From assembly GCA_020696385.1 (NCBI GenBank), contig JAEHCQ010000006.1:32001-96000 (forward strand): DNA of 64,000 bases, read 5' to 3'. Positions 48,601 through 55,600 of the stretch are shown in pieces. Position numbers and translations under genes: made by a program. The notes below the pieces were generated by a model, which saw only the letters and a list, made by a program, of their open reading frames with translations, was not told the origin of the DNA and did no database searches. The DNA comes from Methanobacteriota archaeon (GTDB lineage: Archaea; Thermoplasmatota; Thermoplasmata; SG8-5; JAGLSY01). Every line of letters begins with the position of its first letter. The stretch's first letter is position 1.

Positions 48601-49875
48601 CAGAACTATGCGCTGTGAGTCAGGAACATTATCCCATGTGAAATATATGTATGATACTTCGATCTTGTTGACGAGGATAGAGGGAGAAAAAGAGATCTCG
48701 CCAAGATCATAGTTCACTGAATAAGCTGCTCCTGGAACTTCGACACCATCTGCATAAACTACGATACTGCCGATCTTCACGCTGCCATGACTCAATTTTG
48801 TGGATAATTTGACTTCTGCAGAATCACTGCTGAATGTGAGTTCCTTGATAACAGGAACTTCAATGTCCAGTTCAGGGTTATTTGGTGTGGAATATACGGT
48901 TGCTGTTTCATTTGTGCTCACATACCAGGTATCGGTTGTTTCGCCAGTATCAAGGTATGTGCTCATAGAATTGTAGTCGAACACAATTGGCCATCCAGCA
49001 TAGGGTGAATTGAATTGATAATCTGCTGTTACGATATCTCCCAATTCCAAAGCTGGTGTGAATGCGATAATGCCAGTATCAAGATCAAGTGTGTAATCTG
49101 TACCAGAGGTGATGGCTGTACCGTTCACGTAAATCGCGAATGTTCCAGGCATTATTCCACCAGATGATAATGATGTCTCATTCTCTCCACCAACTGCTTC
49201 CAGTATGGTCTCTCCAATTGCTTTTAGAGTGGCTGGAACTCTTGCCTGTGTGCCTTGAAGATCAGGGTGACCGAAATCTATCCCGCCTTCTGGTATAGCA
49301 ACATTTGAGCCAGTGCCTATGTAACCAGCAACCCAGGCATCCTGTGCATAGTGTTGCTTAGAGTCATACAATGATGCAGGTGAATTACCATTATCATTTC
49401 CATTGGCAAACAGGTTCTTCTCTTCTGGGTTTGTCATATCTAGTGATGTGTCTGGGTAAGCATAAACTCCATACACTCCAGAAAGACCTGCAATCTCATC
49501 CAGGCTGTTCAATGGGACGTCAAGAACATGGGTCATGAGCATGTTCTCATCTCCAGTATTCTTTGTGCCAAGAAGACCTTTGTATTCATATTTAGCAAGA
49601 GCAGTAGCCAGTTGTGCAGTATCTGTTGTGGCGACTATGACCTTGGTCATGCCCTTTGTGCCTTCTTTCATGAATTCTCCCAGGGCTGGATCTATCTTGG
49701 AAGATATATCACCAGCTAGGGTAGTGTCATCTACGATCTCATCGATCAGGTTGTCTATAAGCCCGTCAGATGTGGCATCATTGGTCATAAGGTTGCCCAT
49801 TGATCCAAATGCAGATAGCACGAACAGCCAAACTATACATACGCTCAAATATTTCTTTGTCTTGGTTTCAGACAT
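39673..49875 (-). CDS. Giant (3400 aa) cell-surface pyrolysin-like S8 protein with substituted catalytic residues, FN3 and Ig-like arrays, TM anchor and acidic tail
   Basis: Signal peptide; S8 scaffold motifs GIDFGHPDL, PGSAPGVITAG, SGRGP..PKPDVVASG, ILMSGA, QGAGFVD; FN3-like repeats (DxxAP..I..L...W.APGDDG..G...Y.I.Y); C-terminal Ig repeats (A.D.AGN), TM helix, SHOCT-like end. Confidence 0.85.
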   Translation of the reverse strand: MSETKTKKYLSVCIVWLFVLSAFGSMGNLMTNDATSDGLIDNLIDEIVDDTTLAGDISSKIDPALGEFMKEGTKGMTKVIVATTDTAQLATALAKYEYKGLLGTKNTGDENMLMTHVLDVPLNSLDEIAGLSGVYGVYAYPDTSLDMTNPEEKNLFANGNDNGNSPASLYDSKQHYAQDAWVAGYIGTGSNVAIPEGGIDFGHPDLQGTQARVPATLKAIGETILEAVGGENETSLSSGGIMPGTFAIYVNGTAITSGTDYTLDLDTGIIAFTPALELGDIVTADYQFNSPYAGWPIVFDYNSMSTYLDTGETTDTWYVSTNETATVYSTPNNPELDIEVPVIKELTFSSDSAEVKLSTKLSHGSVKIGSIVVYADGVEVPGAAYSVNYDLGEISFSPSILVNKIEVSYIYFTWDNVPDSQRIVLKESNGYIPTSVGGAESYTVTGLDANTNYLFNIVATDEANNHGDFSNNPDAMTNEDTTAPDQITDFMATDGVIHGTVDLSWTATGDDADVGTATNYVIKYSEDPITNWVCFDYLADEYVQTWMPKDANLVETYTLTGLDIGTDYYFAIVAVDEAGNAGEVSNTDNAAVTDDIIAPARIDPTAYPGANSTQVYLEWTAITDTDSYELRYSTSDITNDTEFQAATVYADSLNWNPKSVGSTENYTLMMPLSGTTYYFSIIAIDIAGNMGAISNPNGSAVSRASDTIKPAQITDLNVETGPDHGTVYLNFTAPGDDGMVGWAQEYIVKYYTSTIDETNWDTIPDTVSDYGVSGTYSRDFSVDAPLKGGSFQSLIIGTTDGAVWSAPPAGIDYYFAIQADDGDNNASVSNCDNAIVQNDIIGPAVTTLNVGQSDNHGQIMLDWISPGDDGMVGSVKNYEIRYDTAPVTDATWGSTPVSQRASIVQSNFEATFGFVPVGGDHVYLNFSGAGFDEGVKYFFALIAKDEMSMNNPLVSNSPNGTARVDDVAPDAISLTATATSRDGTVDLTWAAPGDDGNVGTVTKYEIRYVKAHYQNDFVDADIESIGTINPTVIKTAYTVTGIDSVSGVYRLGTLMDENLATYVNNYSGQIFNYSKVLLVDSTIDSVYDTVYVDLDYDQDFTDEKACVMGDEISWRDMDGNGLADRSGGMIYYISQASVVTDEALTLDTGTTAVLGNVGVMNNSWEVHIDGLLVDESGNYTVDYQNSEEVVITFSSNQTGNAITISYEYDGLPIPYSERLAERSGVDNVIPLNGEMVAMYGEYALDLTAGTSRASAVAGQGLLNHRNDINVKPCLGISPDAKIIGITDPMYDGMIFAIEGYDGIPGTGDEADIYSSSLATSAYEAGGDFTSRYVDWLATEYGDGKTIFTATSGGAGSGYGTVSSPGSAPGVITAGLSTDFFYRIVEEQDSGPNPSYGDIITVSGRGPTMMGNPKPDVVASGAYFGFVSEPLWAEYDRGPNAVYTDTVNIWSGQALTSSNLAAAIAVIADAYDDTHTNPLDIETARSILMSGAEDIDYDVLSQGAGFVDVMESAKIASNMGGSVITPTSWVPGDYGGERYDAFAKLVSENTLPENLEQTFTIDNHDLSNSIDVDLMAGEILKAGEGIATITRDADYGHGWTILNETGFYTPDGELISEVDNSLWTSTDLVKITQYSTSSDYWLELYDWTDENGDGKLNGDLNAGPYDNPPVLFAERNRMSGAFIGGNVLECRVHDQSDNNRIHDGIAIWSRNMAALAEELDIFIKAEYYSRQTWDWVTLSDSALTIPAGASGTFTATLDSAKAIAEGVGSYEGAITSTTNVGKTTVIPMVINVAANNPNFEFGDKPAMNAVENFVGVDSFSFTSLNYTISNETHLSTSNATFNQTEFTLDHVPYYEVYGSLNNVTSVALDNVSYTYHNTYNITNEAVLENSATGGFTSVLLDHENIVPGTEVFYVYTYGAWYYLGAPGTLNGSVDDTWDNGWASFDYNTGIFTLDWDFEIGDYLYAWYSYNSTNYYNGTLPITNESWYDVNYDTGVITFNTSAAYELESGIPEGASVCVEYEYGVEYTNITKKTEFTLSHTNIIPDSFVTKEDGIALSKFNTVSREIILNNSREYLNQEILIAEDNSTTTANIDTFEAGYEIGPGTYTVFIDGELLIEGIDYTLNLQTGDILFGTTLDWGMVVTANYGTYAVGVTELTIANVNLYNSAKSITDSLGYQVYRNGNALTDGLQYFMAQIPVKDEISITAVGGESEFNLVNKGISTTTGNTLYLQNAGVWTTMIESASAGSPNYNINYNTGLVTLNGWTLGAGEIVHSYYDYSGTIEGKIKLNTFNEVKNEVVVDSASAGQDSFSVLYDNLNAIGNSAPNTFYYENTSGVFKLVKSDTDGVLNYKIDTVTGDITLNNWVMAPGDRVVAYYNYTGLKSGDFFEIDYSYGRYVFDPIVGQLDFLSAPQDGADVEVTYSYYDTNRLFDPAMMLSGYDGAGGKAGDWRFYYVDIPDQGTFTDSNTKLLINAEWWKGQTDIDAFAFGALTIVNPESGDTFTGDRYGPHGLQLNGGSTETATFFTSSGGPLEYSAPDIGAGLNVIALHNVHMNGTSDLEPIKGRVGTYSLDSDKISIVTNELAGTASVSGVSNIDLGGHFGGVAAGPSAPVSYKDLEVWEDDPDWSNYDTFEDQLASGNTTIEVTLKDCLIFDVHIYGHDNAPDLDLGVFYDENGDGKAEGEEGFAIGADFDADEQVKLIGPPDGNYIIIIYGFALKTIPAHFDIDITNVQGLGFGVEGEGVDLTPDNPDQWKSDTPLSAYTTSKLDLGYDLPSAKEGVTLQGALYIGPGEAPFTMLLPIDLRYDTIAPTSSGFGPGDGEVMRDSNPIITANFKDDFGELVPDSPKMIVDGVDVTPQASTNVPFVDDLDSTAPSPVQGFPLGTISYSSPSEMDDGIHSVEASIMDQAGNTFTESWTFLIDSGLPSLNVKTPETNTEYTTDDHYEISGLIETDATLDIFGVEVEHVNVANGEFSAYVILEDGKNMITISAIDLAGNKAEVRRTIVLDLNMPVFEGFVSEEGSRTNKDKITITGEVDESGYMTINGKEITVNSDGSFSTVVDLLEGENVLHLLFMDMAGNTIDDWLNITLDKTMPMITLDELPTEVHTDNFTFSAEIDEEELKIGGVLVNGKQVTVDSTRGISEFERTVFLSYGLNTIVIEVEDKAGNIVELRHTVELTPEESTNYGAIGMMIVLLIVGLVVGMFIAMMIWKDTPESEEYTPAQVTSIEDDELHGGDELDGDMTDDEYLPEDEIPQDIDGMEEPPIPEEGMSPEEIGDSIIDDEVPEDIDNMEEPPIPEEEMSPEEIGDSIIDDEIPEDSDVDISEDISSEMETENIETESDINAEPEITDEVEPDIETEEAIDSTLEAPEEDERVLRLRQAFEDGKISEELFEKNLAKLKEN
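39932..40131 (-). repeat. 93-bp (31-aa) tandem repeat in the acidic cytoplasmic tail
   Basis: About 2.1 copies of E[IV]P[QE]DID[GN]MEEPPIPEE[GE]MSPEEIGDSIIDD; units start at 39932 and 40025. Confidence 0.85.
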
Positions 49876-50144
49876 AATGTTCCCTCTCTCTCACTTTATT
49901 ACTTTATTAAATTTGTAATAAGATATTGTATTGGGGATACACTAAGTATATTTATACATTACTCTTTTCATATACTATTACTTTATAAATGGTGGATAGT
50001 AATGGCTGAGTAATAGCCTCTCTGTTTTTCTCTCTGTTTTAACATATATCATTACGCTATTTTTCAGTAATGAATTCTATTTAGGTCTGTGTATTTTTCC
50101 ATATTATTCTATGTTTGAAAATATGATAGATCCCAATGATCATA

Positions 50145-52316
50145 TCAACTATCTTTTTTTGGCTTTTTTTCATTACCTTTTCCACGTTTTTTAACGGCGT
50201 AAAATATCGTAATAAATATACTGCCTATCAGAACCAAAAGTGCAAGAATTTTGTAGGGGGGCCATGGATTTATTTCATCAATTGTATAATCTATATCATA
50301 TATAATTCCATTTTCACCATATTCTTGCGTCATTATGACGGCTGTATAGTTCCCCGGAACTCCGTCAAGGGGGACATAGTATTTGCCAGACCATTTCCCG
50401 GATGAGCTCTTCTTCAGATTCACGACCTTGCCATCTGCCATATTGACCTGCACTCCCTCCGTCCCAGGGCTTGCTGGAACATTGAATTCAAGGGTCTGTC
50501 CGAAGAACCCATTATATTTATCGCTTTTTGGATATAATATTATCCACGACGATATTGAATCTATGAACTCAATGGTGCCCTCCTCTCCGTAATGATTATT
50601 GGTGAATGGGTCTGTATCCGATATGCCCATGACATTGTTGTCGTACATGCAGAAATCAGCATTGCTGTAGTCCTGCGAATCCTTTTCATAGCCATCTCTG
50701 GCCCCCACATCTAGCCTTTCTCCCCAGGCAGTGGAAGATGCCTCGGCCAAAACGGTCATGTTCGCTTCACTCAATAATATCCCGCTCTTATAGGCTTTCA
50801 TATTGAATCCATAACTGTGTGATATGGATGGATTGAACCCTTCCGTAATCGAGTCAGGGGATGGGTCATAGATGGTATAATATGGAAATGATAGGCCGAA
50901 TTGGCTAGCATATTCATTGATCGGAGATTCCTTTGTTTCATGTAAATATTTATCGGGCCAGTCAATTAAATAGAGCAAAGTGTAAGAATCACTCATCAAG
51001 ATATATTTTGTATCCGGATCGATGGTGGTATTTGATGGCATCTGTAGTGGGTTGACGATCATGACCGCATCGTATTTCTTGTGGTCAATATCAAGGGCTG
51101 ATGAGAACACCCTGATCCCATTGTCCCTCATCCTCTTCGCCATTGAAAGCATGCCGCTGGGGCTATCATCTACATTTCTTGTGTGGCTTCTACCGTCAAA
51201 CAATACAGAGGCCATCGTCTTCTTTGGAATTGAGAGCAGGTACACGATCTTTGAGCTCTCACCTGTTCTGAACTCGATGAACCCGTCCTCTTGAATGGTC
51301 ACGTCATATACCCACCGACCATCATTTCCATTGTCCTCGGCCTGGCCGATCTCCCCACCCTCGATCCTTACGTCTAATGCCACACCTTCCGTCACTGTGA
51401 CATTCAGCCTGAACTCCTCAGCGGTGATCAGGTCGTATTCGGGTATGATCTTGTGCTCATTGGTATTCTCTTTGCCGCTCAGCCACTTGAATATACTGAG
51501 GGTGAATTCGGTGTCGTTCCCGTATTGCAGCCCAATGACCTCATCTCCATTCCATATGAACTCTGTGTCTGTGACCGCGATGATCCTTCCATCTCCATAA
51601 CTGGATGCAGCAACGATCGGGGCGTTTGGAGGGATGCCTACATCGGTTGTGTTCGCTATCGCGATCGCATTTCCGGACAAGTTCATTGAATTGGTGAAGT
51701 AAAGGCAGAAATCCTCAACGCCCAGGAATTTTGAATCGGCGATTGGCCAAATGGTATAATCTGGATGGGAGCTGCCTACATCATCGACCTCGTTTGAATT
51801 GAAATGGATACCAAAGTTCTCGGCCAGTGGATTTAAGAAGGCCGACGTATACCAAGATGTTGCTCCCTCCATCTCGTGCTCGCTCATGATAAGCAGGCCA
51901 CCGCCCCTCTCTGTGAAGTCAAGAATGGCCTGAATCTCCTCATCACGGAATGACTCCTGATATGCCATTCCCAGGACGAGCACATCACCTTCACCTTTAT
52001 CGACTATTGCATATTCCAGAGGGGCCGTGTTGGCACTGACTAAGTATCCCTCGCCCTCCAGTAAAATGGCAAGGTCAGAATAACCTATAAACCCTGTGTC
52101 CCAAAGCGACCACCATTGACGATGGCTTTCATCGAAGATTATCTCTTTGATGTCTGTATCAGTGATTGAATTGCGTACTCCTGTATCATTATGACCTTCG
52201 TAATGAGCGCTATCATTATTCACTGCCAATACTGGCATGATTAGAAAAAGTATGATCATCGCAGATAATAGACCAATTAAATATTCTTTCAAAGGCACCA
52301 TTACATCGTACAACAT
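50145..52316 (-). CDS. Secreted, C-terminally anchored protein with two GIFT/DUF4350-like (GATase-like) domains
   Basis: Signal peptide; IIFDESH..GYSDLAILL..GGGLLIMSEH..LNPLAENFGI..YGDGRIIAVTD; second copy VLFDGRSH...INEYASQFGL; C-terminal TM helix and basic tail. Confidence 0.65.
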   Translation of the reverse strand: MLYDVMVPLKEYLIGLLSAMIILFLIMPVLAVNNDSAHYEGHNDTGVRNSITDTDIKEIIFDESHRQWWSLWDTGFIGYSDLAILLEGEGYLVSANTAPLEYAIVDKGEGDVLVLGMAYQESFRDEEIQAILDFTERGGGLLIMSEHEMEGATSWYTSAFLNPLAENFGIHFNSNEVDDVGSSHPDYTIWPIADSKFLGVEDFCLYFTNSMNLSGNAIAIANTTDVGIPPNAPIVAASSYGDGRIIAVTDTEFIWNGDEVIGLQYGNDTEFTLSIFKWLSGKENTNEHKIIPEYDLITAEEFRLNVTVTEGVALDVRIEGGEIGQAEDNGNDGRWVYDVTIQEDGFIEFRTGESSKIVYLLSIPKKTMASVLFDGRSHTRNVDDSPSGMLSMAKRMRDNGIRVFSSALDIDHKKYDAVMIVNPLQMPSNTTIDPDTKYILMSDSYTLLYLIDWPDKYLHETKESPINEYASQFGLSFPYYTIYDPSPDSITEGFNPSISHSYGFNMKAYKSGILLSEANMTVLAEASSTAWGERLDVGARDGYEKDSQDYSNADFCMYDNNVMGISDTDPFTNNHYGEEGTIEFIDSISSWIILYPKSDKYNGFFGQTLEFNVPASPGTEGVQVNMADGKVVNLKKSSSGKWSGKYYVPLDGVPGNYTAVIMTQEYGENGIIYDIDYTIDEINPWPPYKILALLVLIGSIFITIFYAVKKRGKGNEKKPKKDS

Positions 52317-52631
52317 AATGGGAGATAAGTATATTTCGGTAATATGAAATATCGTCGAAATCTATTCTGCATCTCTCTATATTTTAGAAAAGTAATTATA
52401 TATTAATTTTATTATTTAATATATTGAATTAATAGCTGTTTTTACTAATTATTTGAAGAAAATAGATATAAATAGCTTTAAATATATTAACTATAAAGTA
52501 CGCGAAAAGGTATAAATACCTGTACTTACATAATCTATTAACGATGTAGTATATGGTGTAAGTGGGCAAACACTACAACACATACTTATTACGAACCAAG
52601 ATGAAACGGAGAATTAAGAGGAGGAAACTGA

Positions 52632-55600
52632 ATGGATAATGATAAAGGAACTAAACAGTTTGTGAGCATGGCAGTTGCTATTGTTATAGCACTAAGCATG
52701 ATTCTATCCGCTACTGCACTGTTGATCAACATTCCAGTTAATGTAACTGGTGCTGACGTCAGTGAAGAGCAGGTAGTCGCACAACCACCAAGCACAGAAA
52801 TATGGTTGAAGAATGCGAGATTCAATACAGCAATGGGAGACCCGGCAATGCCTTCTACCCTTGGAATCAACGCATACCCAAACCATGTCAAGGGTACATA
52901 CATAGTGCAGAAGAGTGGAGCAGTAACCGAGGAATGGAAAGCTGATATCGCCAGGGCAGGCGGAGAAATACTCAGCTACATCCCGGACAATGCTTTACTT
53001 GTACGTATGGACAACAGTGCAAAAGGTAGAGTTGAGGCGGTAAATGGCAATCAATGGACTGGTATATACCAGCCAGCCTACAAGATCAGCCCAGAGCTGG
53101 ACGGTAGGCATGGTGAAGTGACCGTTAACATTGATATTTTCGATGGAGGCAACAATGGTCCGGCAGTAAGATTACTGAAGGACAACGGAGGTACAATAAT
53201 ATCTGTTGTTAGGAACGATAATATCAACAAGATCGTTGCAAAGTTCGATGCTTCCCTGATGGGCGATCTCGCCTCATTCCCAGATGTTAGCTGGATGAGC
53301 GAGGGCGTACAGAATAAGATCGTCAATGACGGATCAGTTCTCATCGCTCAGTCTGGTGTTCCACCAACATCAGCTATAATCCATGGCTATGGAATACAGG
53401 GCCAGGGGCAGGTAGTTGCAATTGGTGATTCCGGTCTGGCAGAAGGATTGGGAGCTACTGATGTAGACCACGACAACTTCAATGGCGGCGGATATGACGT
53501 CGGCTCTGGAGACAAGGTTTTGGACTACTACGTACCAGGAGATGCAGATGGTGCACTTGGTGACGAGGCTGGAGCTTCATACCACGGTAGCCACGTTGCA
53601 GGTACAGTATTGGGTGACGGAGCACCATATGGCGCATACACTACAGCATCATATGATGGTCACGCATACATGGCTCAGGTTATTTTCCAGGATATGGGTA
53701 GAGAAGATGATCCCGCTACACCAGTAGTAAATGAAGTGGAGTTCATCTACTCACCAACTGATTCCTACAATGATATGTTCTTTATCACAGAGGAAGCAGG
53801 CGCCAAGTTCCACACGAACAGCTGGGGCGGCGGATTTGGATACATGAGCGATGCACAGCAAGAGGATCTGTACATGTGGGACAGCCAGGATTACACCATC
53901 CTTTTCGCAGCAGGTAACGATGGCGCTGCAGACACAGTTGGTTCACAGGCAGAGTTGAAGAACGGATTTGCCGTTGCTTCACTTTCTGCAACAGGAACTT
54001 CACTGTCTTCTTTCAGTAGCAGGGGTCCAGCCGTTGACGGTAGGATAAAACCTGACATAGCATTCTGTGGAGAATCCATCATGTCTGTAGACGGCGGTGG
54101 AGGATTCCAGTCCATGCAGGGAACAAGTATGGCGACACCTGGTGTTGCCGGTAACCTTGCATTGGTTCGCCAGTACTACACAGAGGGATGGTACCCAACT
54201 GGTGCTGAGATCTCAGCAAACGGTTTCAATCCATCCGCTGCATTGATAAAGGCCACTGTCTTGAATGGTGGTAATGATATCAGCAGCTCAAGACCTGACT
54301 TTTCTCAGGGCTGGGGCAGATTGAACTTGGATGACAGTTTGTATTTCAGTGGAGATGCAATGAATGTGTTCGCACATGATAACTTAGAGGGAATGGTCAC
54401 AGGAGATTACATTGATTTCCCAATAGGTGTCGATTCTGGTGCATTGGACTTCACAGCAACTGTTGTATGGACCGATTACCCAGGTAATCCAACTGCAGCC
54501 AAGATGTTAGTTAACGATCTCGGCCTGCTTGTTATGGGACCCGGTGGAACACAATGGAGAGGTAACAACCATGCAGGTGGTTACTCTCAGGCCACTGGAA
54601 CTTCCAATAACTATGACAGTCTCAACAATGTAGAGGATGTTAGGATAAACAACCCAGCAGCCGGTACATATGTCGTAAGGGTATCTGCAGAGAACATCGC
54701 AATGGGACCACAGAACTTCGCAGTCGTGATCTCCGGTGCACTCACTGATGGATACGGAATGGTCTTCATGGACAGAACAGTTTATGATGATGCAGATTCC
54801 ATAACCGTGACAGTTGAGGACTCAAACAACCCAGCACCAACCGTTGATGTTACTTTGACAACAGCAATAACTGGTGACTCAGAGACAATAACACTTGGAT
54901 GGACAGCTATTCAGTCTGGTGTCTACAATGTAGGTGCCCCGATAGCAACCAATGTCGCTTCCGTTGCAGCAGATGGTGTATTGCAGGTCGCTCATGGTGA
55001 CACAATAACAGCATCATATGATGATGGAGACCCAAGTTTCACTGCGACAACCGTTGCATGGGCTGATTTCCACGGACCTTTGATAAGCAATGTGTTCGTA
55101 ACTGGCATCACAGGTACAACTGGTGTTCCAACATGGGACACGGATGAGAATGCTGACAGCCTTGTGACCTACAGGACTGCAGAGGTAATATCACCTCCAA
55201 TACCTGCAGGATCTTGGCTGACTTCATCTGTCGGTGACCTATCACTTATGCACAGTGTTCCATGTAAGGGCCTTGCAGAAGATACCAAGTACGAGTTCTA
55301 TGTCGAGTCAACTGACTGGCGTGGAAGGACAACCATGGACGACAATGGTGGACGTTTCTACACATTCAGGACAACAAGCGCAGCCTCTGGTGGTGCTTTG
55401 ATCCTTCTTGTGGACGATGACATCGGTAGTGTATCTGATATAGATGGTGCACCATTCGAATTGGACTGGATGAACAACCTGGACAACTACGGATGGACCT
55501 ACACACACTGGGACATGAACATCCTTGGATCTCCAACAACAGCAGATCTTAATCAGGCTCCAATGATCATCTGGACCGTGTCTGAGGGATACCCACAGAT

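Noticed and set aside
46850-48660. Circularly permuted FN3 array in the giant protein
   Set aside because: The first and last units look partial but can be read as degenerate complete domains; this cannot be decided without a structure model.
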